In this document: positions 33,095 through 43,273 of the stretch, piece by piece
How the letters are laid out: each line of letters starts with the position of its first letter
Position numbering within the stretch: the first letter of the stretch is position 1
From: Oceanospirillaceae bacterium
GTDB taxonomy: Bacteria > Pseudomonadota > Gammaproteobacteria > Pseudomonadales > Balneatricaceae
DNA length: 64,000 nucleotides
NCBI GenBank assembly: GCA_013373085.1
Contig: JABXIM010000045.1
Span: 473 to 64,472, forward strand
Reading direction: 5' to 3'
Position numbers and translations under genes: made by a program
The notes under the pieces: model-generated
Told to the model about the DNA's origin: nothing
Seen by the model: the letters and a program-made list of their open reading frames with translations, nothing else
Database searches by the model: none

Positions 33095-34446
33095 TGCAGG
33101 ATCTGTTTGCCGACAGTCAGCCCGGCTACGAGCCGCTTGCGGCCCGCATGCGGCCACAGAGCCTGGACGAATATTCGGGTCAGCAGCATCTGCTCGGTAC
33201 CGGAAAGCCCCTGCGGCTGGCGCTGGAGCAGGGGCTGGTCCATTCGATGATCTTCTGGGGGCCGCCCGGTGTCGGCAAGACCACGCTGGCGAAGCTTCTG
33301 GCACGTCAGGTCGACGCCCATTTCCTTACCATTTCGGCGGTGCTGTCCGGCGTCAAGGAGATCCGCGCTGCGGTCGACGAGGCGCGTGTGATCAAGGCGC
33401 AGTCCGGGCGCAAGAGCATTCTGTTCGTCGATGAGGTGCACCGTTTCAACAAGTCGCAGCAGGATGCCTTTCTGCCCTATATCGAGGACGGCACCGTCAT
33501 CTTCGTCGGCGCGACGACCGAGAACCCGTCGTTCGAGCTCAATAACGCACTGCTGTCCCGCGCCCGCGTCTATCTGCTGCGCGGGCTCGAGCAGAGCGAT
33601 CTGCTCGGGGTACTCAACCGGGCGCTCGGCGACAGCTCGCGCGGGTTGGGGCAGCGTCGCCTGCGCTTCGGCGAAGGTGTACTGGAGCAGCTGGCCGCCG
33701 CGGCCGACGGCGACGCCCGCCGGGCGCTGAACCTCCTCGAGATCGCGTCGGACCTGGCGCAGCCGGACGGCGATGTCGAGGTTGTCGACAATGATGTGAT
33801 GACGGAAGTGCTGGGCGCCGGTGGCCGTCGTTTCGATAAGCAGGGCGACCTCTTCTACGACATGATATCGGCGTTCCACAAATCGGTGCGCGGCTCTTCG
33901 CCGGACGGCGCCCTGTACTGGTACTGTCGCATGCTCGACGGCGGTTGTGATCCGCTCTACGTCGCGCGGCGACTGGTGGCCATCGCGTCCGAGGATATCG
34001 GCAACGCCGATCCGCGGGCGATGCAGGTGGCGATCTCGGCCTGGGATGCATTCGAACGCGTCGGACCGGCCGAAGGCGAGCGCGCCATCGCCCAGGCCGC
34101 CATCTATTGTGCCTGTGCGCCGAAGAGCAATGCCGTCTACAAGGCTTTCAATCAGTGCCGCGCCGATGTCGCCAGGGAGGCCAGCTACGAGGTCCCGGTG
34201 CACCTGCGCAATGCCCCGACCAGCCTGATGAAGGATCTGGGTTACGGCGACGAGTACCGCTATGCCCACGACGAGGAAGGCGCTTATGCCGCTGGCGAGA
34301 AGTACTTGCCGCAGGAGATCGCCGATCGTCGCTACTATGCGCCTAGCCGGCGTGGGCTTGAGCAGAAAATAGCCGACAAGCTGGATTATCTCGCGAGTCT
34401 CGATGCGAACAGCAGCCGGCGCCGCTACGACAGGGACGATCGGTAA
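33094..34446 (+). CDS. rarA: Replication-associated recombination protein A (MgsA)
   Basis: [34 protein letters not shown] and [10 protein letters not shown]. Confidence 0.96.
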   Translation: MQDLFADSQPGYEPLAARMRPQSLDEYSGQQHLLGTGKPLRLALEQGLVHSMIFWGPPGVGKTTLAKLLARQVDAHFLTISAVLSGVKEIRAAVDEARVIKAQSGRKSILFVDEVHRFNKSQQDAFLPYIEDGTVIFVGATTENPSFELNNALLSRARVYLLRGLEQSDLLGVLNRALGDSSRGLGQRRLRFGEGVLEQLAAAADGDARRALNLLEIASDLAQPDGDVEVVDNDVMTEVLGAGGRRFDKQGDLFYDMISAFHKSVRGSSPDGALYWYCRMLDGGCDPLYVARRLVAIASEDIGNADPRAMQVAISAWDAFERVGPAEGERAIAQAAIYCACAPKSNAVYKAFNQCRADVAREASYEVPVHLRNAPTSLMKDLGYGDEYRYAHDEEGAYAAGEKYLPQEIADRRYYAPSRRGLEQKIADKLDYLASLDANSSRRRYDRDDR

Positions 34447-34579
34447 TGACAGGTGCTGGCGATACAGGGACCCGATACCGCGGTCGGCTGCAGACAATCG
34501 CCGGCGAAACACTTCCGGATTATTTGGCAACGCCCGGAGCGCTCGGCTCGCGGCGGCGCCATGGAGGCAAAGGATCCCG

Positions 34580-34951
34580 ATGCTGCATCTGATTGCCATC
34601 GCCTGTGGCGGAGCCCTGGGGGCCCTGGGACGCTACTGGGTAAGCGGCGTTCTCAACAACGCCGAGCACCGGCTGCCGTTCGGAACCCTGGCGTGCAATG
34701 TCGGTGGCTCGCTGATGATGGGGGTGCTGTTCGTGCTGGTGCTGGAAAAAGCGCGGCTGAGTCCGGAGCTTCGACCGCTGCTGATGGTGGGCTTCATGGG
34801 CGCCTTCACCACCTTCTCGACGTTCTCACTGGAGACGGTGGCGATGTTGCAGGAGGGGCATGTCATGTCCGCCCTAATCTATGTATTATTGAGCGTTATT
34901 CTGTGTATTGCCGCCCTTTACGCCGGCATCTCGATAACCCGGCTGTTCTGA
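34580..34951 (+). CDS. crcB: Fluoride efflux channel FluC/CrcB
   Basis: GGALGALGRY, PFGTLACN.GS and GFMGAFTTFSTFS.E; start reset to ATG 34580. Confidence 0.95.
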   Translation: MLHLIAIACGGALGALGRYWVSGVLNNAEHRLPFGTLACNVGGSLMMGVLFVLVLEKARLSPELRPLLMVGFMGAFTTFSTFSLETVAMLQEGHVMSALIYVLLSVILCIAALYAGISITRLF

Positions 34952-34968
34952 TATTCAAGGTGATTTGA

Positions 34969-36249
<1,281 letters not shown>

Positions 36250-36334
36250 TCCGTTGGTCTGCGCAGCCCGGAGTCCCGGGCTGCGCTCTCCGGGGCTGGG
36301 ATGCCTTGTCGATTGCTGGGATAACGGGCGCGTT

Positions 36335-37546
36335 ATGAAATCTCGATACGATGTTGTGATCGTTGGCGGCGGCATGGTCGGCGCCTCCCTGGCCTGTGCG
36401 CTGGGCGACAGCGGTCTGTCGGTGGCCGTGTTGGAACGGGATTTCCCGCAGCCCTTCGATGCGGGGCAACCGTATGACCTGCGGGTCTCGGCGCTGAGCG
36501 CGGCATCGCGCAATATCCTCGAAGCGCTGGGCGTCTGGGGCGGTATCAGCAGTCGCAGACTCTGCCCCTACCGGCGCATGAAGGTCTGGGAAGCGGACGA
36601 TCATCGTGCCGCGACCGAGTTTCGCGCCGAGGAGATCGGCTGCGAAGCGCTCGGGCATATCGTCGAGAACCGCATTATCCAGCTGGCGCTGATCCAGCGC
36701 CTGAAGGCGTTCGGCAATATCGACCTGATCTGTCCGGCCCGCACAGAACTGATCGAGTACGCACCGGGCAGCAGCCTGGTGCGGTTGCACGACGGGCGCG
36801 AGATTGTCGCGCGTCTGCTGGTTGCGGCGGATGGGGGCCAGTCACGGGTACGTGCGGCAGCCGGTATCGGCGTACACCAGTGGGACTACGACCAGCATGC
36901 CCTGGTGGCATCGGTCGACACCGCCTACGAACAGCAGGACATCACCTGGCAGCAGTTCACGCCGACCGGCCCGCTGGCGTTCCTGCCGCTGGGCGGCCCG
37001 CATGCCTCGCTGGTCTGGTACGAGCGCCCTGATGCGGTCAAGCGCCTGATGGGTCTGTCCGATGATGCTTTCCTTGCCGAGCTGCACGCGACCTTCCCGG
37101 AATGTCTGGGCCGTATCGAGCGGGTTGTCGAACGCGGTTATTTCCCGCTGCGGCGCCAGCACGCGTTGAAATACGTGGGCGAGGGAGTCGCGCTGGTGGG
37201 CGATGCCGCCCACATGATTCACCCGCTGGCCGGTCAGGGTGTCAATATAGGCCTGCTCGACGCCGCGGCGCTGGCGGAAACGCTGCTCGATGCGCGTGCG
37301 GCCGGCGAGCGTATCGACGACCTGGCTGTGCTGCAGCGCTACGAGGACGCCCGGCGCAACCACAATCTGCTGATGATGCAGGTAATGGACAGCTTCTACC
37401 GCGTGTTCACCAACGACAGCCTGCCGTTGCGCGTGCTGCGCAACGTCGGCCTCGGTATCGCCGAACACGCGGGACCGGCCAAGCGCAAGGTGATCCGGCT
37501 GGCCATGGGCCTCGACGGCAAGCTGCCCAGGCTGGCTCAGCGGTAG
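36335..37546 (+). CDS. UbiH/UbiF/UbiI-family FAD-dependent ubiquinone-biosynthesis hydroxylase
   Basis: VVIVGGGMVG, RVSAL, LLVAADGGQSRVR and LVGDAAH.IHPLAGQGVNIG; start at ATG 36335. Confidence 0.88.
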   Translation: MKSRYDVVIVGGGMVGASLACALGDSGLSVAVLERDFPQPFDAGQPYDLRVSALSAASRNILEALGVWGGISSRRLCPYRRMKVWEADDHRAATEFRAEEIGCEALGHIVENRIIQLALIQRLKAFGNIDLICPARTELIEYAPGSSLVRLHDGREIVARLLVAADGGQSRVRAAAGIGVHQWDYDQHALVASVDTAYEQQDITWQQFTPTGPLAFLPLGGPHASLVWYERPDAVKRLMGLSDDAFLAELHATFPECLGRIERVVERGYFPLRRQHALKYVGEGVALVGDAAHMIHPLAGQGVNIGLLDAAALAETLLDARAAGERIDDLAVLQRYEDARRNHNLLMMQVMDSFYRVFTNDSLPLRVLRNVGLGIAEHAGPAKRKVIRLAMGLDGKLPRLAQR

Positions 37547-37559
37547 GGCATATTGCCGT

Positions 37560-37615
37560 GTAGGAAGTAAGGCGTAAGTCTTGGGTTCCCGCAACCCTTG
37601 CGCCTTACCCTTTAC
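37560..37615. repeat. Imperfect GTAG-led inverted repeat (degenerate REP-like)
   Basis: GTAGGAAGTAAGGCGTAAG ... CTTGCGCCTTACCCTTTAC. Confidence 0.4.
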
Positions 37616-37997
37616 GCCTCACGATGGGCTCTTCTCCCTCCGTCACGACCCGTTCAATGAAGTTTTACCCCGCGACAGTTCGCCGCTAGTCTGGTTAGAC
37701 AGTTGCGATCGTTGAAATGGAGTGCATGCTTCCGACGACGCAATAGCCAAGCATGGCGTCACCGTTTCACATCGCCGTACGGGCAGGCCGCAGCGAGCCT
37801 GGTCGCCGTCGCGATTATTGCAGGCCCCCGGGCCCCGACCAGTCCGACTGAGGGTCTGGGTCGAGTACCGATAGTAATCGATCACCCGTCGACTGTAGCG
37901 GTGAAGCCGCATGTAAGCCGCGACGGACCAGAGAAAGGTGGGGGATATGAGGCTGAAGGCTTCATTAATAGAAGGTTTATCTGAGGAGTAAGCCAAC

Positions 37998-38372
37998 GTG
38001 AAGTACTTTAAGAATCTCGATCAGATAGTTGAATCGCTCGAAGCGGATGAATCGACAAAAAACGATCCAATTAAAAGAGCTTTCGTTTTCGACGGGAGAC
38101 ATTTAACTGCAAATGTCGGAATAGTTCGTGATAGTGGAAATGCGCTTCATACTCAGAAGAGCCATGACGAGATACTCGTAATTATTGAGGGCAACGTCGA
38201 CTTTAAAGTGGGTGTCGAAGTGATGAAAGTGAGTAAAGGGGATCTGGTCTTCATCCCGCAAAACACACTCCACGGACCGATACTGGAGGAAGGGCAACGT
38301 TTTGCAGCGCTTTCTGTGTTCGCGCCTTATTTTGACAGGTCCAAGAACAATATAGAGTGGGACAGAGATTAG
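37998..38372 (+). CDS. Cupin domain protein (low-GC, probably horizontally acquired)
   Basis: H-x-x-x-x-H-D-E (HTQKSHDEILVIIEG) and KGDLVFIPQNTLHG cupin motifs; GAGGAG RBS before GTG; hand count 166/375 = about 44% GC. Confidence 0.8.
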   Translation: MKYFKNLDQIVESLEADESTKNDPIKRAFVFDGRHLTANVGIVRDSGNALHTQKSHDEILVIIEGNVDFKVGVEVMKVSKGDLVFIPQNTLHGPILEEGQRFAALSVFAPYFDRSKNNIEWDRD

Positions 38373-38455
38373 CTTATTTAAGCAGGTGCCTGACTATGCG
38401 TGTTCCCGCTTTCTAATGGTCTGCTCAAGCCGAAGGGGGCTGCTGGGCTCTAAGT

Positions 38456-38479
38456 AGGCGAAGCCCAACGGCTTCGCCT
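38456..38479. terminator. Hairpin between the convergent cupin genes
   Basis: AGGCGAAGCC-CAAC-GGCTTCGCCT, a perfect 10-bp stem. Confidence 0.6.
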
Positions 38480-38495
38480 GTCTTGGCCAGAAAGC

Positions 38496-38840
38496 TTAGG
38501 CGAAGACGAAGTACTTGCGTACGGTCTCAACGACTTCCCAGGTGCCCTTCATGCCGGGTTCGATGACGAACACGTCGCCGGCCTTCAGGTGCTTCGGCTC
38601 TTCGCCTTCCGGCGTGATGATGCAATAGCCGTCGAGGAAGTGGCAGAATTCCCACTTGTCGTAATTAACCTCGAACTTGCCCGGAGTGCAGATCCAGGTG
38701 CCCATGATCTTGCTACCGTCGTTGGAGACGTAGGCGTTGAGGTTCACGGTGTGCGGGTCGCCGCCGATGCGCGTCCACTTGGTGGCGTCAACGACCGGAG
38801 TCGGGCAGGTTTCGCGCAGGACGGTGATGAAATCGGACAT
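38496..38840 (-). CDS. Cupin_3 (DUF861/EutQ-like) protein
   Basis: GTWICTPGKF...WEFCHFLDGYCIITPEG and AGDVFVIEPGMKGTWEV.ETVRKYFV. Confidence 0.85.
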   Translation of the reverse strand: MSDFITVLRETCPTPVVDATKWTRIGGDPHTVNLNAYVSNDGSKIMGTWICTPGKFEVNYDKWEFCHFLDGYCIITPEGEEPKHLKAGDVFVIEPGMKGTWEVVETVRKYFVFA

Positions 38841-39017
38841 GTCAGCTCCAGACGATCAGATGAAAAGTCCGCCATTGTAGGCACGGAGCACAAACGGAGA
38901 TTGTCTGGTTCCGACACCGACAGGGCTGAAACGCGCCTGCAGAATTTCGTGATCCGGAACATCTTAAAGCAGCCAGGGATAGCGAGACCGGCAGGGGGGA
39001 TCTGCTAGAGTACAATG

Positions 39018-39046
39018 AAATAAAAAAAGGCCGCCGGGAGGCAGCC
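39018..39046 (-). terminator. Rho-independent terminator downstream of the phasin gene
   Basis: On the minus strand: GGCTGCC-TCCC-GGCGGCC-TTTTTTT. Confidence 0.75.
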
Positions 39047-39110
39047 TCAAGAAGGTCCGGCGGGGGCCGGACCCGAGTGGTTGGGGGCAAGGGGCCCCCA
39101 GAGAGCATCG

Positions 39111-39572
39111 TTAAGCGGCAGAAGTTGCCGGAGCCGCAGCTTTGCGCGGGGCAGCTTTGGCCGGTGCTTTTTTGGGCTCAGCCTTCTCGGTTTCGAAGAA
39201 GGTGGGCATGAACTTGCTGAAATCCTGGAAGTAGGAGTAGGAAGCCGGCAGTTCGGTGATTTCCGACATGCTCTTCTCGACGATTTCGCTCAGCTGGTCG
39301 CGGACTTCGGTCAGGGTGGCGATTTCCTGCTCGGCAACGTCGGTGATCTTGGCTTCGACATCCTTGAAGAATTTAACCTGCAGCTCGATCGCAGCTTTCG
39401 GCTCGCGGATCTCGCTCATGGCCTTGACCTGACCCAGGCCAGCGTTGAACAGGTCGGTGACGCAGGACGTCTGCAGCGCGATCAGCTTTTCCGCAGCCTT
39501 TTTGTTGATCTCGGTGATCTCAACGACCGGCTGCATTTTTTCTTTCAGGTCCTTCATCATATCTTCGTACAT
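39111..39572 (-). CDS. phaP: Phasin (PHA granule-associated protein) with Ala/Lys/Pro-rich tail
   Basis: Amphipathic helical pattern (INKKAAEKLIALQ...LFNAGLGQVKAM...AIELQ) typical of Phasin_2; KAPAKAAPRKAAA tail; GAGGT RBS 8 nt before ATG 39572. Confidence 0.75.
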   Translation of the reverse strand: MYEDMMKDLKEKMQPVVEITEINKKAAEKLIALQTSCVTDLFNAGLGQVKAMSEIREPKAAIELQVKFFKDVEAKITDVAEQEIATLTEVRDQLSEIVEKSMSEITELPASYSYFQDFSKFMPTFFETEKAEPKKAPAKAAPRKAAAPATSAA

Positions 39573-39622
39573 GCTCATATACCTCAAGATTGGTTTGGTG
39601 CGGCAGTAAATTCAGATTCTTG

Positions 39623-39634
39623 TGCGCTGCAGCA
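39623..39634. promoter_or_regulatory. PhaR-like operator 1
   Basis: TGCGCTGCAGCA fits the TGCRNYGCASMA-type PhaR box (consensus recalled from the literature); upstream of the phasin. Confidence 0.55.
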
Positions 39635-39683
39635 TTTAGGGTGAATATAGTGGCCGTGGTGGCCACTGTCAAGCCTGAAATGG

Positions 39684-39695
39684 TGCGGTGCACAA
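39684..39695. promoter_or_regulatory. PhaR-like operator 2
   Basis: TGCGGTGCACAA, a second match to the same pattern. Confidence 0.55.
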
Positions 39696-39973
39696 AAAGT
39701 TCGTCGGGCAAAATTGCGTTGTAATCCTTTAGTTTACAGGTGCTGCGACAACGGGCATTTCGCCCGGCTGTTCCCGCTTGACGCAGCTGCGGCGGAGCCG
39801 GTTGCCGGGCGTTGGGGCATTGTGCCCGAGCGTCCGGGAAAACAGGATCCGGGGACAGGATACCGGCCCAGTGCAACAGTTTTTTGAAACCGCACGCCAA
39901 CTCGATAGAATGAGGATTCAATACAACGAAGGTCGCCACGCGGCCATGGACAGGTTGAGGCATACCGCATTAC

Positions 39974-42892
39974 ATGCAGACACAGAACTGTCATCCCAGC
40001 TTTCGTTATCTTCGCAGCGAAACCATAGCCTCGTTGAACATCGACGTGGCCGAGTACGAGCACATCAAGACCGGCGCCCGCCACTACCATATCGGTGCCG
40101 ACAACCAGGAGAACGTTTTTCTCGTCGCCTTCCGTACCGTGCCGATGGACTCCACCGGTGTGGCCCATATCCTCGAGCACACCGCGCTGTGCGGCAGCGA
40201 GCGCTATCCGGTTCGCGATCCCTTCTTCATGATGACCCGGCGCTCGCTCAATACCTTCATGAATGCGTTCACCAGTTCAGACTGGACGGCTTATCCGTTT
40301 GCCAGCCAGAACCGCAAGGACTTCTTTAACCTGCTCGACGTCTATCTCGACGCGACCTTCTTCTCCCGTCTCGATCCGCTGGATTTCGCCCAGGAAGGGC
40401 ACCGGATCGAATTCAGCGAGAGCGGCAATGCCGAGTCGCCGCTGGTGTACAAGGGCGTGGTGCTGAATGAAATGAAGGGGGCCATGAGCTCGGCCGTATC
40501 GACGCTGTATCAGACCCTCGGCAAATATCTGTTTCCGACTACCACCTACCACTACAACAGTGGCGGCGATCCGGCCTGCATCACCGACCTGACCTACGAA
40601 CAGCTGCTCGAGTTTTACCGCACGCATTACCATCCGAGCAACGCGGTATTCATGACCTTCGGCGATATACCGGCTGAGGAACTGCAGCAGCGCTTCGACG
40701 ATCAGGCGCTCAACCGCTTCGAGCTGCTGGACGAACACATCGAGGTCACCGACGAGAAGCGCATGCATGCGCCGCTGCGCGTCGAGGAAGCCTATGCACT
40801 GGACGAGGAGGAGACCTCGGGCAAGACGCACCACGTGCTCGGCTGGCTGCTGGGACGCTCGATCGATCTTGAAGCGCAACTCAAGGCGCACCTGCTGTCC
40901 CGTGTGCTGCTGGACAACAGCGCTTCGCCGCTGCGCCATGCGCTCGAGTCGAGCTCCCTCGGCAGCGCGCCTTCGCCGTTGTGTGGGCTGGAGGACTCGA
41001 ATCGTGAAATGAGCTTCATGTGCGGTCTCGAGGGCAGCGATCCGGAGCATGCCGAAGCTTTCGAGAAGCTGGTGCTCGATACCCTCGCCGAGGTGGCCAG
41101 GAAGGGTGTGCCGCAGGAAATGCTCGAGGCGCAGTTGCACCAGTTGGAACTGACCCAGCGCGAAATCAGCGGTGACGGCTATCCCTACGGCCTGAACCTG
41201 ATCATGTCGTCTATTTCGGCGGCCATGCACCGCGGCGATCCGATCGCGGTGCTGAATCTCGACCCGGTACTGGAGAAGCTGCGCGAGGCGATTCGCCAGC
41301 CGGACTTCATCCAGACGCTGGTACAGGAAATGCTCCTCGACAACGGCCATCGCGTCCGCCTGACCCTGCGTCCTGACAACGCGCTTAATCAGCGTGTCGA
41401 AAAAGCGGAAGCCGAGTACCTGGAAGCCCTGCGTCAGCGCCTCAGCGACAGCGAAAAGCTGCAGCTGATCGAGCAGACCAGCGCGCTCGAGGCACGCCAG
41501 ATGCAGCAGGACGACGAGAGTATCCTGCCGAAGGTGGGCATCGAAGACGTTCCCGCGGAAATGAAGATTCCGCAGGCCCAGCAGAGCTTCGAAGCGCCGC
41601 TGCACCTGGACTGCTACGACCAGGGCACCAACGGCCTGGTGTACCAGCAGGTGGTGGTCGAGATGCCGGCGCTGAACGCCGAAGAGCGTCGCCTGCTGCC
41701 GCTGTTCAGCCACTGTCTCACGGAGCTCGGTTGCGGCGAGCGCAGCTACCAGCAGAATCAGCAGTACCAGTCCCAGGTCTGCGGCAGCCTGACGGCCTAT
41801 ACCGAGGTTCGCGGTTCGGTGCAGGACGAACAGCTGGTCAGCGGTTTCCTGGTGCTGTCCGGCAAGGCGCTGGCGGCGAAACAGGACGAACTGGCGGCGC
41901 TGATGCATGAAACCCTGCACCAGGCCCGTTTCGACGAACTCAAGCGCCTGCGTGAAATCGTGGCGCAGCAGCGTACCCGCAAGGAGCAGAGCATCACCGG
42001 TCAGGGGCACGCGCTGGCGATGACCGCGGCCACCGCCCGCATGAGCCCTTCGGCGCAGCTGGCCCACGAGTCCCGCGGCCTCGAGAGCATTCGCTTCGTC
42101 AAGGCCCTGGATGCGGCATTGAAAGAGGAACAGGCGCTGGCGGACCTCTCGGCCCGGCTGGAAAGCATGAAGCAGAAATTCCTCCAGGCACCGCGCCGCT
42201 TCCTGCTGGTGGGCGAAGCGGAACACCGGGATGCCATGCAGCAGGCCGTCAGCGCGCGCTGGCAACAGGCGCCGGTGGCGGCGGAGTTCGCGGCCTTTGC
42301 GCTGGAGCCGGTTCGCGAAGCGGTGCGTCAGGCCTGGACTACCAGCACCCAGGTCAACTTCTGTGCCAAGGCGTTCCCGACGGTGCCGGTGGAGCATCCC
42401 GACGCGGCAGCGCTCACGGTGCTCGGCGACTACCTGCGCAACGGTTACCTGCATCGCGCTATCCGCGAGAAAGGCGGGGCCTATGGCTCAGGGGCAGGGC
42501 AGGATTCGGGCGATGCGGTGTTCCGCTTCTTCTCCTATCGCGACCCGCGACTGGCCGAGACGCTCGAAGACTTCGATGCCTCCATTCGCTGGCTGCTGGA
42601 TAGCGAACAGGATCCCCAAAAGCTCGAGGAAGCGATCCTCGGCGTGGTCAGCTCGATCGATCGCCCCGGCTCGCCGGCGGGAGAGGCCAAGCAGGCCTAT
42701 CACAGCACCCTGTTCGGACGCACGCCGGAGCAGCGCCGCGCTTTCCGGCAGCGGATCCTGGAGGTCGGCCTCGACGATCTGCGTCGGGTCGCAGAGCGTT
42801 ATCTGACCGGTGACAACGCCAGTATCGCCGTGGTCACCAACCCAAGCCGGGCTGCAGCTCTCGACGACAGCTTCGAAACCGTCGCCATCTAA
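39974..42892 (+). CDS. Insulinase/M16C metallopeptidase (PreP/Cym1-like)
   Basis: Inverted zincin HILEH (DSTGVAHILEHTALCGS), FMNAFT..DWTAYPFAS, GVVLNEMKG and IREKGGAYG...FFSYRDP. Confidence 0.93.
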   Translation: MQTQNCHPSFRYLRSETIASLNIDVAEYEHIKTGARHYHIGADNQENVFLVAFRTVPMDSTGVAHILEHTALCGSERYPVRDPFFMMTRRSLNTFMNAFTSSDWTAYPFASQNRKDFFNLLDVYLDATFFSRLDPLDFAQEGHRIEFSESGNAESPLVYKGVVLNEMKGAMSSAVSTLYQTLGKYLFPTTTYHYNSGGDPACITDLTYEQLLEFYRTHYHPSNAVFMTFGDIPAEELQQRFDDQALNRFELLDEHIEVTDEKRMHAPLRVEEAYALDEEETSGKTHHVLGWLLGRSIDLEAQLKAHLLSRVLLDNSASPLRHALESSSLGSAPSPLCGLEDSNREMSFMCGLEGSDPEHAEAFEKLVLDTLAEVARKGVPQEMLEAQLHQLELTQREISGDGYPYGLNLIMSSISAAMHRGDPIAVLNLDPVLEKLREAIRQPDFIQTLVQEMLLDNGHRVRLTLRPDNALNQRVEKAEAEYLEALRQRLSDSEKLQLIEQTSALEARQMQQDDESILPKVGIEDVPAEMKIPQAQQSFEAPLHLDCYDQGTNGLVYQQVVVEMPALNAEERRLLPLFSHCLTELGCGERSYQQNQQYQSQVCGSLTAYTEVRGSVQDEQLVSGFLVLSGKALAAKQDELAALMHETLHQARFDELKRLREIVAQQRTRKEQSITGQGHALAMTAATARMSPSAQLAHESRGLESIRFVKALDAALKEEQALADLSARLESMKQKFLQAPRRFLLVGEAEHRDAMQQAVSARWQQAPVAAEFAAFALEPVREAVRQAWTTSTQVNFCAKAFPTVPVEHPDAAALTVLGDYLRNGYLHRAIREKGGAYGSGAGQDSGDAVFRFFSYRDPRLAETLEDFDASIRWLLDSEQDPQKLEEAILGVVSSIDRPGSPAGEAKQAYHSTLFGRTPEQRRAFRQRILEVGLDDLRRVAERYLTGDNASIAVVTNPSRAAALDDSFETVAI

Positions 42893-42916
42893 TACGCCTC
42901 CCCAGGCGTCAGAAAC

Positions 42917-42943
42917 CGGACCGCAGCCCCAGGCTGCGGTCCG
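42917..42943. terminator. GC-rich hairpin downstream of the M16C peptidase
   Basis: CGGACCGCAGCC-CCA-GGCTGCGGTCCG, a 12-bp stem with no clear U tail. Confidence 0.45.
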
Positions 42944-43233
42944 CGCTGTTATCGCCGGCGTTGCTGCTTGCGGCCATCGCTGCCGGCATTTCCTGCTCGT
43001 CACCGGGCTTGGGACTGCCGCAGGAACAATTTCATTCTCTGGAATCCTAAGTCCGGCTCGGGAACTGATGAATAAGTCCCAATGAGTCTCTGGCTTTCAG
43101 CGCGAGCCGGAATCGAGGCGCAGCTTTGAAGGCATGCTGGTGGCCTGTCGAGAAGCGGTTCCCTAGAACGCGGCGGCGGCTAAGGCTTTCGCAAGATTAC
43201 CTCATGCCTCAAATTGATATTTAGGGCTAGAAT

Positions 43234-43247
43234 AATCCAATTGGATT
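43234..43247. promoter_or_regulatory. Perfect palindrome, candidate repressor operator
   Basis: AATCCAATTGGATT directly after a TAGAAT -10-like hexamer (43228-43233), 27 bp before the ATG at 43274. Confidence 0.45.
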
Positions 43248-43273
43248 TTCAGGGCCGCACGCAAGGAGCTTCG

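Noticed and set aside
34447-34579. Fluoride riboswitch upstream of crcB
   Set aside because: GGCGAT...ATCGCC is present, but I could not find the conserved GCTRATGAC/GCCTAC-type 3' elements. An Infernal RF01734 scan would be decisive.
37640-37699. Complete attC site ending in GTTAGAC upstream of the cupin
   Set aside because: The left end lacks a RYYYAAC complementary to the core and the arms do not pair; kept only as weak context.
37643-37996. ORFs 37703-37984 (+) and 37643-37996 (-) as real genes; group II intron domain V-like GAAGCCGCATGTAAGCCG
   Set aside because: No recognisable domains or RBS; the intron-like stretch does not form the domain V hairpin, and no RT gene is present.
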